Shown piece after piece: positions 25,269-39,600 of a stretch of DNA of 64,000 bases. A program made the translations under genes and the position numbers. Numbering within the stretch: the stretch's first letter is position 1; each line of letters begins with the position of its first letter. This stretch comes from Eledone cirrhosa (Eukaryota): the NCBI GenBank assembly GCA_964016885.1, contig OZ024740.1:395684001-395748000 (forward strand), in the 5' to 3' direction. The notes under the pieces were generated by a model. That model worked only from the letters and a program-made list of their open reading frames with translations. It made no database searches and was not told the origin of the DNA.

Positions 25269-26984
25269 AATGTTTGAATGTAGCCAGCTCTCACTGAAGG
25301 AGAAAAATTGAGGTGTGTTATATATATATTCTGCCCAGCCAGTTTTTTCTCTATTCTCCCTTCTTACCTTTTCTACACCTCAGTGTCTTTATCTTTGTCC
25401 ACACGTTAGACTACAGGCCTTATTATTCTCTTCTGTTTTACTATTTCTCTCCTTTCTATATTTTTCTCCTTTGGCTAAGCCCTTACGCACTCTATATTTG
25501 TGTAATTTGCCTAAAGGCATAACTTGTCTCTACCTGTTTTGTTATATCCCAATGAGCGCTGAAATGTATTATATCAATCTTATTGCACCAAAACCATAAT
25601 GATTTCAAGAGGTTAACTAGGGAGATGGGACTGTTTATCTTTCTGTTGTTTTTTCCATTGTCTTTGTCCTGTGCACCCCCTATTTTGTATATGTATATAT
25701 ATATAAGCAGGAACAATGTCAAGGCTGCACCATAAATAAACTTTATTAATGACAATTGTGTCGATACCGTGGACTACACAGAAATATAAACCCTAAACGA
25801 GACGGACCCTCATAACAGCATTGAGTGCTTTAACCAATGAACTGTCTGTAACTATAGTTATACACATACCTTGCCAACCAAAGGGCTGGGAGAACCCTTC
25901 AGTCATGTCAAGGCATGACAGCCTCCCTAGTGTTTGGTGATTTACACAATAAATGCACCCAGTGCAAACTGTAAAGTGGTTGGTGATAGGAAAAATATGA
26001 CAGCTTCCCTAGTGTTGGTGATCTACACTCAGTATATGCTGTAAAGTAGTGTGTGATAGGAAGGGGATCCAGCAGTAGAAAGCTTGCCAAACAAAGGGTT
26101 GGGAGAACCCTCAGTTGTGTCAAAGACATGACTTGTTAGAAAGTGAGACCATATGTAAGCAAGATGACAGATCCCTGGCTTGTCTGGAAGATCAGTAGCC
26201 ACTGCTTCAGTACTGACTTGATGAATGTAGACCTGTCCAACCCTTGTTAGCAGAGAAAATAAACATTAAATCAATGATGATGATATATATAATTCATATA
26301 TAACCAAAGATTATAGTTCAAATCACTTTATTAATTTCTACATCCATTTTGATTTAACGAAATGTAATTGCAAACATCAATAAGAATTTGCAGATTAATT
26401 AATTAATTAAATCAACAAACAGTGGAATCATATATCACAAATCTCTTCAGGAAACAAATATTAGAATTGGGGGATGTTTGTCGCAATTACTAGGCCAGCA
26501 GATGATAATCAGCAAATAACAGACATATAGGAAAAAATGAAAAAAAAAAAGGTTATAAAAAAAACAGAAATATGAGAGATAGATTCATAAGCAAGGCAGT
26601 GAAAAGCATTAATGTTTAGCATTATGCAACATGGTTTAATGTATAAGATATAAGTCTTCGTGCTGTAATTTCTGTTCATGTGTGCAAATGCCGTAATGCA
26701 TTCATTTGAACATATAACATATTTTTTCAAATACTGCTTAACAGCAGTAGTATGCTAGACACCGTTTATAGTGGTACAACATTAGTATGGGTGGTATATA
26801 AAAGGACATCTGAATCTTCAATATTTGGTGTTCAATTACAAACTGGGTCAATGTATATTTACATACTATAAGTTAAACAGTGACCTTCAATATCATTGTA
26901 TACTGGGTCATATAAGGATTACTAAAACTTATCTATATATTTAAGTGTAAAAAAGAATACCCTGTGTAGCTCTACATATCATCA

Positions 26985-27302
26985 CCATCATCATTTCATT
27001 TTACGTCCGCTTTTTCCCTGCTTTCAAGGGTGGGACGGGAACTTGATTTCTACCGCTGGATGCCCTTCCTAACACCAACCTCATTTACAGTGAGTGCTGG
27101 GTGCTTTTTTGCCGTGGTACCTCCACGACCACTTTACAGTGGAATGATATGGACCCCAGTCCCTATCATCTCATTTCTACAGCTGAGTAAACTGGAGCAA
27201 TGTGAAATAAAGTGCTTGCTCAAGGAAACAACACATCACCCGGTCTGAGAATTGAACTCACAACCTTTCGATTGCAAGCTCAATGCTCTAACCACTAAGC
27301 CA
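26985..27302 (-). mobile_element. tRNA-derived SINE (family B) with an RTE-derived 3' tail
   Basis: On the minus strand: A and B boxes (tggcttagtggtt, gagttcaattctc), a central ccttgagcaag..ttgctccagtttactcagctg domain, then sequence matching the RTE 3' UTR (54978-55230). Another copy at 48462-48720; a related head at 39320-39460. Confidence 0.8.
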
Positions 27303-28509
27303 TTAAAGAAACTTAAGTGGACATAATTCTAGTGTCGTAGGACTGAATTATCAATTGTAATAAAAACATATTGCATTTTAAGAATATGGATAGGTGAAAG
27401 GGACATTGTATAGTTCCTAAAATAATCACATTTATAATAGTAAAAAGAATAGGAATTCCTGTGAGGGCACGTTGAAACTATTTCCAATTTCCTGTTCAAT
27501 AAATTTAGATTAGACTTAGTTATTAAGAGGAACTCAGATAAATACAAATTGCCCTCTACTTCTCATATTGAGGAAATTAACAAAAGAAATACTGCATAGA
27601 ATAGCACCAACTATTAAAGAGAAATAAACTTTAGCCAAGGTTTGGTGGGAGGCGAAAATCGACTCCAGTCCTTTACTGGTACTTTATTTTATCAACCCCT
27701 TAAGGATGAAAGGCAAAGCTAACCTCAGCAGGATTTGAATTCAGATTGTAAGGGGTCGTAACTCTATGCCATAAAGCATGTTGTTTGATACTTCACACTG
27801 ACCCCAAAACATTGCTGGACTTATGTCTAAATTAGAAACCATGAGGGCAGTGGTTGTGGTGGTTGCAGCTACAGTGATAACAACAACAATGGTGATTAGT
27901 TTTATAACCCTGTCAGGCTGTTGAGACACTCTTTCATAGAATAATATAAGGTAGAAATAGAGTGGTGGGATTTTCCATTTATTTCTTAAGGTTCTTGGAT
28001 GGAATTAAAACCAGCAGTGAAAGCTAATGAAACCTTAGTAAATCATATATTGCTGGTGACTTAACTGATGAGAAAGAAAAGTGAAATCCCTCTCCAATCC
28101 CAAGAACATCTCTGTGTACATACAGAAATGCCTGCTCTATAGATCCTTCATCAGTATTCAAGACTGAAAACTTGTCATGGGCAAGTGAAAGGCAGTGTTA
28201 AGAAAAGGAAATTAGGTTAACTTGGATTGTACACATATCATTCTCGGAGTCTATAATGTCTATGTATATTTGTGTACAAGAAATACATTTTTTAACTAAA
28301 ATGGAAGGTTTGGTTCTAATTTTTTCAGCTATGTTTTGAAATTATAATCTCAATCTACCTTTTACCTTCTCACACAACCCCATTTGTTTGTCTTTTATAT
28401 GTTTGCATTTTCTCTTATTCTCTCTCCCTTCTTTCTTTTATGTCTCTTCATAATTATATTAATCCCAGCCATTTACAAGACAAAACTTTTGTTTTACATT
28501 TTATTCCAG

Positions 28510-28707
28510 GTGCCATCCAGCATCGTTTGAAGAGGAACACCACTGACAATAACCAAGTGATTCTACGAATCGCTCAACCCCCTCACAGACAGATAAAATG
28601 CATCTATCCAGAAGTTCCCTGTGCAGATACAAAGCGCTGTTACCACAGCATATATCAACGCTGCAATGGTGAAGAAGACTGCTATGATGGGTCCGATGAG
28701 TTTGGCT
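28510..28707 (+). CDS. Host gene exon: RLKR furin-like site plus LDL-receptor class A domain
   Basis: ttattccag| acceptor and |gtaagt donor, phase 1-1. CIYPEVPCADTKRCYHSIYQRCNGEEDCYDGSDEFG-C matches the LDLa DCxDGSDE signature; the sixth Cys is completed by splicing to 31205. Confidence 0.88.
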
Positions 28708-29499
28708 GTAAGTTTACATATTTTTATTTAAAACTTCTATTAAGAATGGTTTAATCTTGGATTCAATGGATATTTAAACACTTTGAGGAAGCATATGTTA
28801 TGTTGTTCTGAGTGAGGTTCTGGTTTTCTTTACAATCCCCATAGAGAATATAGATTGCCTAAAAGAGAATATAGATTGCCCAAAACAAAGCTATATGAAA
28901 CTCAAAGCTCTAGAGTAACTTTTAAAGTGTTTTTAGCTTAAAAAATATAATTGCATATAAAATGTTTTTGTTAAAGAATTGGACAGTAAAGTAATTAAGG
29001 TAATGAAAGTGAGGAGGATTAAGGTTAGGTTTGTTATAGGCAACCCAACAGCAACATTTATTTCTGCATTTGCACCATTGTCAGATTGAACAGAATTACC
29101 ATTTTTATGAGACTCTTCTGCAAACTACCTTAAAACTAAGTGACATCATCATGACTAAAGATTTTAAAGATGTGCAACACCATCAAGGCTTCTCTGGTGT
29201 ACATAGAGTCTACAGTTATGGTAGAGGGATAAGGAAAGATTAAAACTCTTAAAGTTCTGCAATACAAATTATCCATTTGCAACACTAACTTTGGGAAACC
29301 AGTAAGCAACTTGATCACCAACCAATCAGATGATCACACAAGCTATACAGACTTTATACTCACCAGGAAACGAAATAGACAGATAACTGTTAGTCTTTCC
29401 CTGAAGGAGACTGTACTTCTCAACATAGTCAAATGATTAATGACTTCAGAGTAAGAACTAGAAAAACCCAAAGACGTGAGACAGCATGAAAAAGGAAGA

Positions 29500-29850
29500 T
29501 ATGGAAGGTGGTCATAGATTCAGAGAGGTTCTAGTTGTTGTGTATGACAGGATGAGGAGGAGATAGGGACATATAACACAGAGACAAATGGGCGTTTCTG
29601 TGGGACAACACACTGAAGGCTATGGACCAGATCTGTGACTGGTGCACAATTTTAGCCAGATAGAAGGTAACATGGTGGTGAAATAGTGCTGTAGATGTAA
29701 TTATAAAAGCTATAGAGACAGGCTTGGAAAGGCTGGAAGTCAGAAGACAGCAGAAAACAATATCAAGAGATATTAGGCATTAGGTTTATCTTCTAAGGCA
29801 AGCAACAAAAACAAAGAAGTTTACACATATTCTGCAACATGAGCAAAATC
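29500..29850 (+). mobile_element. Highly decayed RTE LINE internal fragment
   Basis: Residual similarity to 52700-53060 (..gtaacatggtggtgaaat..gtagatg..gcttggaaaggctggaag). Confidence 0.45.
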
Positions 29851-31204
29851 TAGGAACCTAGTGAGATCTGCCTTGAAGTAGCCCATAGGTTACTGGTCCA
29901 TTCTGTGAGGCAGTATCCAGTATAGTGTTATCCATGTTTCTATATTTCTACATAGCTTATCAGGGCCAATAGCAGTGCCAACTGTGGAGGTTCTGTTCTG
30001 ACCAAACACAATCCATGAAGCATAAGATACCATAAAGTGAGTATAAGGTCCTCACCATCAGCCAAATAGGAAATAAGCCAGTAGATCTAGGACAAGTTGG
30101 GTCCCACAGGAAAACTGATATTAGTTTCAAACACTAGAGACTGATCCTGTTGAATCTGGTATTCATTAATAGCTAAACTTGGTAAGTCTTGACACCAAAC
30201 TGCTTAACTGTAGCCATGTCATGGTCTACTTGCATCTGGTGAACAGAAATTGGAAGGGAGCAGTATACTAAACTTTGTTGTGTTGTCTTATGCATCTTTC
30301 CAGCCCCTAAAAATTAATGTTTATAGTGCTGTCCAATCTCACTATAATAATACAATCCCTAACATACACCCTAACATACAAAATTTGTATTTCCATGGGG
30401 TGGCTGAAAGGGGAAATATAGCAGTTCATTTTTCCATGTGCATATGTGCTAATATTTATTGTATTGGTAATTGTTACAAAACATTATAACTCTTTTCCTA
30501 ATATATCAAGCGTTAAACTAATATATATCCTCATTGTACTGTTTCATTTAATGTGTTGTTTCCCGTTTACTTTTCGCATATATATATAAAGTGGTTGTAT
30601 AGGTGTCATGACAAAAAGCACCATGTACTCACTGTAAATGTGGTTGGCATTAGGGAGGGCATACAGCCATAGAAACCAAGCCAAAATCGGTTCTGTATGA
30701 GCAAGACATGGTCAGCTGACCTTGCCTTGCCTTAAATAACCCATCTAACCCATGCTAGCATGGAAAATGGATGTTAAACAGTGATGATGATGATATATAT
30801 ATATGCGTGTGTGTAACTACGAATGTAACTGTGTATGTATGTGAAATGTGTTAAATATACTTGTAAATTTCCTTACCACAAGAGTGTCTCTGTATCTGCT
30901 AGTAACAGCAGCCAAATCTCCCTTAATTAACACCTTACTATGTTAAAAAGAAGGATACATTTGTTAATGAAACTCTGTATATGTTGTGATGATAAGGGCT
31001 GAACTAAATAGGATATAAAAGCAAAAAGGAGCTCTGATTTTAGTGTCATCAGTTTAAGAGATATGACTAAATATTGTAAGGTATTTTGACCATATCCATC
31101 ATCCTGCTACTTTTATCAAAACTTACTCAATTGCTATGTATCCAATACATATATCTCTGTCGATATAAACTTATGCATGATTAAAAATGTGGTTCTATTT
31201 TCAG

Positions 31205-31387
31205 GTCGGACACCGGAAAATGAAATTGATGAGCAGAAAGAGCGTCCACCCCGACGGAAAGACAACTTTCCCGAACTCTTCAGGAAACTTGTCATTGGCG
31301 TGATGGTAATCTTAGTGCTGCTTGGAGTACTGGCTTGTGTCTGTCACTTTCAAAAGTATACGATGCGAGCTGTCTCCTGGGACTCTG
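31205..31387 (+). CDS. Host gene exon: juxtamembrane region plus transmembrane helix
   Basis: ttttcag| acceptor and |gttagt donor, phase 1-1, in frame with both neighbours; LVIGVMVILVLLGVLACVC is hydrophobic. Confidence 0.85.
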
Positions 31388-31589
31388 GTTAGTTGTTCAC
31401 ATTTTATACCAAATTTTATTAACTTTAAAATTTAAAAAATGTTCTTAAATGAAAAAAAGAAAATTTAAATTGAGAAGAAAGAATGGAATGTAAAATAGGA
31501 TAATATAAAAGAAAAAGGGAAAAAGGAAAAGGGAGGAAATGGCAAGGACTCTAGTGTCACAGAAGAATGGGGATAGGGAGCATGAATGG

Positions 31590-31770
31590 ACTATGGGCCT
31601 AGGGCACAGCAGTTCATTGGCTGTGTCCCGTGGACAAAACCACAAAAGCATTCCCGTGGATACTGGCCAGTGACACCTGCTGCAACAGCCACCCCACCTC
31701 ATGGGGCTTCTTCCTCAGCTGGGCCACCGACGTTCCGATCTTGCGGAGGAGCTCAACTGTATGGGGTAAG
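31590..31770 (-). mobile_element. 3' fragment of a restriction-like-endonuclease (CRE-type) LINE
   Basis: The minus frame ELLRKIG...EVGWLLQQVSLASIHGNAFVVLST resembles the QRLS.A..RGNA..VL.T C-terminus of CRE-clade elements. Confidence 0.55.
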
Positions 31771-32462
31771 ATTGTCATTGCCGTTCATCCATTCATGGGT
31801 CAATAATATACATATCAGTTAAGTAATGGAGTTAGTTTAATCAAGTATATTCATGACCATTAACAATTGTCATTAATATGGCATCAAATAAAGCTTCTGT
31901 TATGAAAATTAACTTCTTTTTAAAAGATAGAAAAGGCTAAAATTTTAGATCAGGTCAAACATTTTATTTGCAAAGGAAACACAGAATGTTTGGTTTTTAA
32001 TTATTTCATTGTTTTGGTGCTTTTTTGTTTTTTGCTTCGTTTTCATAATTTTTTGTATTCTTTTAACTAAACAAATATGTTTTTCTTTTTTTTTGACATT
32101 CCAATGTTTTAATTTTCCTTTACAAACAACAAACATAACAAATGTTTAAATACATAAGAAAACATGTAAATTAAAAAAATCAATCAAATAATTTAGTGTT
32201 TACAGTGTTACAGCTATTGCTGTTATAATTTGTTTTTATTTTGTTGCTTATTGTATTGTTGCTATTGATATTGCAGCTGTGGTTAATGTATGTTGTTTTT
32301 TTTCTCTTTAATTTGTTATGTCTAATCCTAATAGTAAATATTAGGACCAAAACTATCATGTGCATGTTTCAAACTTTGAATGAATGGTTTGAACTAGAAA
32401 TTTAGTGTTTATTCATTTCTCTATTATTTTGAAACTGAATATTGTATCTTAAATATTTAACA

Positions 32463-32738
32463 CTAGCAGTGGAACCCGGCATTGCACGGGATAAGGTATT
32501 TAGGAACGCGGGCCGCCAACAAACCTAATCGTGGAAAAACTCCATGCCTGGACAATATGTAAAGAAAATAAACCAAATACTCTGATGGCTGGATAATCTT
32601 TAAGATTTTCCTCGATGAAGCAGGAAAAATAAGTATTACATGTGTAAAGTTTGAAAACAGTCGGTTGGGTGCTTTCTAGTTTTAGGGATTCAAACTCACA
32701 CACACATAGACAGACATCCTCAGTTTTATATATATAGA
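32463..32738 (-). mobile_element. Non-autonomous Helitron-like element
   Basis: On the minus strand: A|TC 5' end, subterminal hairpin cccg-tgcaatgc-cggg, and CTAG|T 3' end; inserted between A and T. Confidence 0.7.
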
Positions 32739-32836
32739 TAAATCAATAAATCACACTCATATATTTATAATCAATTTTAATGCAATCATGTAGACATGCA
32801 TACATGTGTGTTGTCATTGTTATAGATATTGTTTAA

Positions 32837-33170
32837 CCCTTTTGCATTCACATTACTCTATATATATCATTATTATTATTATATACTAGTATATTTTTAC
32901 GGTAAAGGCTTTACCTCACATAATTATCTCTCATAATTTCGGATCTATGAGACTTTGATATTATTTATTTTGAGAACAATACCTTGAGTGGCTGGTTACA
33001 GCTAGTTTGAACAGAAAAGGGTGAGAGAATTCTGGCTGGATACAGCTGGTTTAAAAGCTAATGGGTTAAACCCAAGTTAACCCATTAGCATTCCCATTAG
33101 CATATATAGTTTTGAACAGAAAGAGGTGAGAAAGTTCTGGCTGGATACGCCCGGTTTAAATGCTAAAGGG
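32837..33170. mobile_element. Two adjacent piggyBac-type MITEs (32837-33065 and 33081-33170)
   Basis: Each is bounded by TTAA-CCC...GGG-TTAA with short TIRs (ccc(t/a)tt(t/a)gcatt / aatgctaa(a/t)ggg) and shares its 3' part with the other. Confidence 0.65.
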
Positions 33171-33284
33171 TTAAATTACTAAAATGACTCTGCCATAATG
33201 TAATTGCTTTTAAATATAGTTTATATTCTTTTTTATCTTTTATTTTCATTTATTTTATCTTATTTTATTTATTTTTGTTTTCAG

Positions 33285-33820
33285 ATTCCCTCGATTCTGT
33301 ATCATCATTTTCAGCCCAACCTGAACCACAAGACACCACAGGAGGAAACGCAATATGTCTCACTGATTTTAATTTTCAAAAACCTGCTGAAGAGTTGTCC
33401 ACTATGACAACGCTAGATCCTTTCCCACCTTCCGAAGTTAGCGGGGCCACAGGTGGGAGCAGCTTTATGATGCAGTCACCCCAGACGTCGACGTCAGCTT
33501 TAGAGTGCGTGAGTTGGGCGGAAATACATCCACCTCCACCAGGAAGCAGTGGTAGTGTTGGCGGTGGCAGTAGTGGTGGTGGTGCTGCTGCTACTGCCTC
33601 CGCTGCTTCCAGCTCCCTTTCACCGACTTCCGCACTCGGGCAGCAGCGTGTGGACACGTGGGGTGTCCTGCAGCCAACAGTGCTGCCATCTTCGCCACCA
33701 GCCTTACCAGTTGTACCACCTCGACCATCCACCTCACCTGTAATTATATCATCCACCTCTGATTTGCCCACTTATGAAGAAGTTATGACCCGTAGGAGAC
33801 GTGGAGACGCTGAACTTTAA
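33285..33820 (+). CDS. Host gene last coding exon: Ser/Pro/Gly-rich cytoplasmic tail with LPTYEEV (PY-like) motif
   Basis: Strong polypyrimidine tract with tttcag| acceptor; phase 1 gives D-S-L-D; GC-richer coding composition; TAA at 33818-33820. Confidence 0.85.
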
Positions 33821-34344
33821 TTAAAAGTATCATTGATATAATTGTTATAATTTGTTTTTTATTCCATTTTTTATGATTTTTTGCTTCTCTCTCTCTCTCT
33901 CTCTTTTTTTTCTCTTCTCTTCTTGATAAAAAGAAGATATTTTCTTGTTATAAGATCTCTGCAAAATCACAGCAGATCTCTCCAAGATAAGATATTTTAG
34001 TTAAGACAACTCACTAAAAAAAAATTTTTTTTTTCATTGTGAGTTTGTTGTAACATATTTCTCTATTATATCAAAATTCTAGAATGCCATGATGATTTTT
34101 CTTACTTTCTTTTACCTCTATTATTTGTAACTCACTTACATACACCAATATATACATACACACATATACACATACACACACATATATATACATACATATA
34201 GCTATGTATGTATATTACTTATATATAGAAAGAAAATGAAAATAGTCTGTATGTGTGTGTGTGTATATAATATATATGTGTGAGTATACATGAGTATACG
34301 TACATACTTATATATATGCACACACACACACACACATATAAATG

Positions 34345-34418
<74 letters not shown>

Positions 34419-35877
34419 ACTATTTAATTTTCCTTTATGAAATTTTCAAAACGTACTTTTTTAACTAATTTGTAACCTTCTACTATGTTGATTAATAAAT
34501 AATAAACAAACTTTAGCCTGATAAGGCATCTTGTGAACCACCCACATATTTAAAAAGAAAAACGTTTGAAAATAATTTGGTGATTATACTTTTTCACTAT
34601 CTTGTAATAATGAAATTTTATAATTTTTATTAATATTTCTAACATTGTTTTATAAATCCAATAAATATGTTCATATACCACACTCATCTATTAAGAACGA
34701 AACATCTGGTGGCTTCATTTAAAGAATTATAATTTAATTATAATTTATGATTTATTTGTAAATTCAATATGATTTTTTTATTTTTTAGCTTTTTTTCTTT
34801 TATGTTTTTAATTTTACATTGTGGTGGGCATAGTAGTACTTGAGTATACCAACCAACTTCAATACCAAGGTGGGAACCAGAATTTTTATTTCTACTATAA
34901 ATGTCTTTGCAAAAGGCATAAACATCACATTTTTTTTTATTTTTCCTCCCCTATAGGTCTGAGGCTTCTTCATGAATATGTAAAAATCAAAATATCATGT
35001 TCTTCTTCTCTTCCTTTCACTGAAGATTAAAAGAATGGGCTGGGATCAATTATATGTGGGGCATTAATTGAAAACAGGATTTCTTGATCTAGATGAAATC
35101 CAGAAGAAAGTTCTTCATGATGTGAAGCTGTTAATGTGTAAGGCACGACGGACAGAGGTTGCCATGATATACAGATATAGTAAAAGTCAGACTGGCTAAC
35201 AGACAAAAAGTGACCATTAGAGGCACTATGATACCCAGATATGGTGATGGCCAGATTGACAAGCAAACATAAAGGATGATGGGCAGACAGGGGTACCATA
35301 ATACATATTTGGTAATGGTCAGGCTAGCTAACAGAGATCACCTTGAAATAGATGTGGTGATCATCAGATAACAGGCATGAGGAGTCATCAACAGAGTTGC
35401 CATAATACTTATATAGTAATGGTCAGATATGAAGAGTGACAGACAGATGTCCCATGATACACAAATATAGTGATATGGTAATGTTTAGACTGACTAACAG
35501 AAAGAATCAAATTGAAATATGGTAAATAGTTGAATAAGCACAAATAATGGTCACTTGAACGAAACAGTTCAAATAAAACAAGACAAATATGCGACACAAA
35601 CATACATACATACTAACCCATGCTAGTGTGGAAGATAGACATTAATTGATGATGATGATGAGACATATATACAAATGTATGTATGTGTGTGTGTGTGTGT
35701 ATGTATGTATATATATATATATATATATGTATACATGTGTGCATGCATTTATGTATGTATGTACGTTCATGTATATTCATGTTTTAAATAGACAATGTAA
35801 AGATAATGTTTACATAAATGAGAATACCAGTTACTCTCCTGTGAAAAACCTGTTTCGCGTAACCATTATATATATAG

Positions 35878-36011
35878 ATTTACGGCCCTTTATGGTCTGA
35901 GTTCAAATCCCGCCAAGGTTAACTTTGCCTTTCATCCTTACGGGGTCGATAAAATAAAGTACCAGTAATGTACTGGGTAATTACTGGCCTTGTGCCAAAA
36001 AGTAGAAACAA
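35878..36011 (+). mobile_element. 5'-truncated SINE (family A)
   Basis: B box, core and 3' end as in 22484-22669. Confidence 0.8.
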
Positions 36012-36789
36012 TTATATATATAGATTTAAAACTTTATTTATATATGTATACTCATTTCAGTCCAGGTGAAATTTTAAATTAATTTAATGATACATACATG
36101 ATATGATATGCAAAGATTGCAAAACTATATATAATGATAGTCTTGGAAATTTAAAAATATCAAATCTTAGTAAAAGAGAAAAATTAGAGTATGGGTAGTA
36201 TAAAGTTTAATAGGAACTTTTATCTTTGAGATATATATTTAACATGAAGGTATTTATGTTTATCTGAAATACTACTATACTGCCTCTGCATTGCCTCAGT
36301 TTCTCTGGAGCTTTTCTTTGATGAGGAATTTTTCCTATGTATCCTTAACCTAACAAATTAGGTTGACTGATGAAACATCTAGTCTCAATCAGTTTAGTTT
36401 CAGCTAACTAAATTAAATTGCCTACACTCTACTTCTGGTATTGAGTACTTTTTCTTAAATAGATATATAGATTTTTAGCAATATTTGATTGCGTAGATGA
36501 ATGTAAAATCAAAAGGCAGTTAATTGTATTTCAATATATAACAAATAATTGTGATTAATGTGAGTGAGTTTCGAAGCCAAAGCAGCAATGTCACTTGACA
36601 AGTGTTTGGTGAAGCATATATAAATAAACATCAATGAATCGAGGTAGTTGGAAATCAACTGGAATGATATTGATATAATTTCTGCAATAAGAAAAGTCAC
36701 CTTTGCTATAATATGGTGGTCATGCTAAAGTTTGGTGTAAATAAGATATTCATTTGAAGACTATATAATTATACTATAATAATCTTCTT

Positions 36790-37235
36790 CATCTTTGCTT
36801 TCTTATTCCTGAGGGGGTTGTGGAGGCAGAGTCCTCAAACACTCCTTCCAGCAGGTCCTGTCAGAAGCAACTGTCTCCAAGTGATCTGGCTGTATCCCCA
36901 AGTGAGACCAGCCAAGCTCATGGATGTTATCCAACCATCTTGTTCAGGGTCTATCTCTGGGTCTCCTGCTAGTTGGTTTTGCCCGTAAAATCTGTCCAGC
37001 AATTCTTTCACCTGCCCATAATATCAGAGCTGTAATCTTTCAATGTAGAGTAGTGGCTCTACCTGGAGTGACTCTCTAATCTCCGAGCTATGCACTCTAT
37101 CAAGTAACATTTCTCCAAAGACCCTTCGCAGGAACCCCATTTTGGCCGCTTGTATTCACAATTGTATTCTTTCAGTCATTACCCAAGATTCATGACCATA
37201 GGTAAGGGTTGGCACAAATGCCAAATTGAAGATGC
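36790..37235 (-). mobile_element. Degenerate LINE 3' fragment (same family as 2030-2665)
   Basis: Reverse-complement similarity to 2200-2650. Confidence 0.65.
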
Positions 37236-38806
37236 AGGTGTAATTACACTACGGGAATACTTAGTTTAAAGCCATTAATTATAGAGTCTTAATAATTATA
37301 GAGACTTAATCAGACTAAACTGATTAATATTAAAAACACTGAAGTTTCACATGGCACTGCCTTGACACTATTGTGCTCTTATTAACCAGTTGTCCGTTGA
37401 GTAGAAGAGAATAATACAAAAACAATCTATTTTTTATTTTTCTATGAGAAAAAATAGGAATATATTAAAGTACTGTAGAAATTAGAAATTTTCAAAACTA
37501 AAAAGACTTCCCCCATCTTTAATCTAATTTTTGGTAGTATATATATATATGTGTGCGTGTGTGTGTGTGTACCAAATGCACATACCCATACATACATAAC
37601 ATGTATATACATAATACCTACACACATACATATCTATGAACATATATATACATATGCGTGCAATTATGTTATATCTGAATTACCACCTCAAGAACAAAAC
37701 AATATATGAAATAAGTCTAGTTTGTTGTTCAACTTTAATGAAGTCCAATCAATATACATTAACAACCTGTCATGAAATGCTGCTCTTCTCCACTAACTTA
37801 TGAATATATTAGCTGCTGACTGCCCATTCATCTTACCACACATCCTGGCAACCATCTTATTTCTTTGGAAACTGTGGCATTTTCTGTTTCCCTCCAAAAT
37901 AAATAAATAAAGAGATAATTAAAATATATATAGGTCTTCTGTTCGATAAGTCCTGAGAAATATGGCAAATAAAAAATGTTTTCTATGTTGTCTTGTATTT
38001 TTATGGTATAGCAACAAGGACTCTTTAAGTCTTCTATATATGGAACTATGGGAATAGTAATACTAGCAGCATTAAGAAGTACTAAATGAGTATATTGACA
38101 GATCCATATTAATGTAACTTTCTTAGTTTAAATAGTTGACTACCACCAACTACTATGGGCTTTTATACTAGGTTATAGGTCAGTTTTATCAAGATTGACC
38201 TATTGATAAATGACAACTGAATGTTAATGAAGGCCATTGTATGTGTTTATGGTCTACTGAATGCTAACATTCACTTTTGACTGATATTTTTAAATGCTAT
38301 AATATTCACTTCTCAATACTAACATTCATCAATTTTGAAGGCTATTTTCACTACTGAATGCTTTTGGTCACCTTCTAATTGCTAATAAGAACTTCTGAAC
38401 AATAACGATGGCTCTATGCATGATGATGCTTTGGGATCACTGGCTTAGGATGACCCAAGCCTCATCGAACAAGACCAAAAAGAAGATTCAAGCATAAAAC
38501 TCATTATTTAATGATAACAATACTTCAATGCTAGCAAGATTTGTGTAGTAACGTTGACTATTGAACATTAAGCTTGACTATTAATACCATAACACATTTA
38601 TACAAACACATTACAGTGGTACCAGTGACTTATGTCAGTCACAAATGTTCCTGAAAATGGTAACAGGGACTAATTCAATGTTGATTCTTCTCTAGTAAAC
38701 ATGACAACCTGATAACAGATAAAATTGTTGACAGCTGAATGTGTCCTTACACACTAAAAAAAAATAACACATTTATTTCTTTATAATAATGATAATCATC
38801 ATTGTG

Positions 38807-38843
<37 letters not shown>

Positions 38844-39319
38844 TGATGATGATGATAATTTGCTGAAAAAACCTATTGAAAACTTGAGTCATTGAGACAT
38901 AATCATTTATCCTCCTTCAAAATAACTGATGACTATTGTTTCATCAGTTAAAGAATCCTCTACGTTGTCCAACCATTTTTTTGGTGTCTATTGGTTGTAA
39001 GTGGCAAACAGACCCAGGAAAGAACCCAATAGAAACCTCAGCAGCTACCAACCCTTATATATATATATATATATATATATAATGTATGTGTGTGTATAAA
39101 TACACATGTATAATTATGTTTAGATGTAGTTGTGTGTGTGTTTGTTTGGGTTCAATTTAATTTTCTGGGTCCTATAAGAATATCCATGTATTATAAACAT
39201 ATATTGGAAATATATACCATGTTTTCCATCGTCCCCACCCTCAAAAACGTAATCATGTAACAGTGCAAATATCCTGAATACATTGATACATATATATATA
39301 TATGTGTGTGTGTGTGTGA

Positions 39320-39600
39320 AGGCATGTGGCCTACTGGTTAGGGTTTGGATATATTATGATAGTGTAATAGGTTCAATTCCTGGACTAAGTTGTGCATTGT
39401 GTTCTTGAGCAAAACACTTCATGTTGCTCCAGTATATTCAGCTGAAAATGAGTACCAGCAACAGTCGGAGGTTTAACTCAGCAATGGACAGTCATCCTGT
39501 ATTGGATGGACAGGAATCTTGTATTCTCAGTCGCTTAACACTAATGAAATCAGGATAAGCACTGGCCTGATGACCCTCTGGGCTTGAGACAGACCTTAGT
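39320..39600 (+). mobile_element. Old tRNA-derived SINE (family B-like head)
   Basis: tggcctactggtt A box, ggttcaattcc B box, and the ttcttgagcaa..gttgctccag..cagctg domain. Confidence 0.65.

Noticed and set aside
31586-31822. Possible extra host exon (GC-rich, with gtaag at about 31765)
   Set aside because: Better explained as a minus-strand CRE-type LINE 3' fragment; exons 31205-31387 and 33285 already join in frame.
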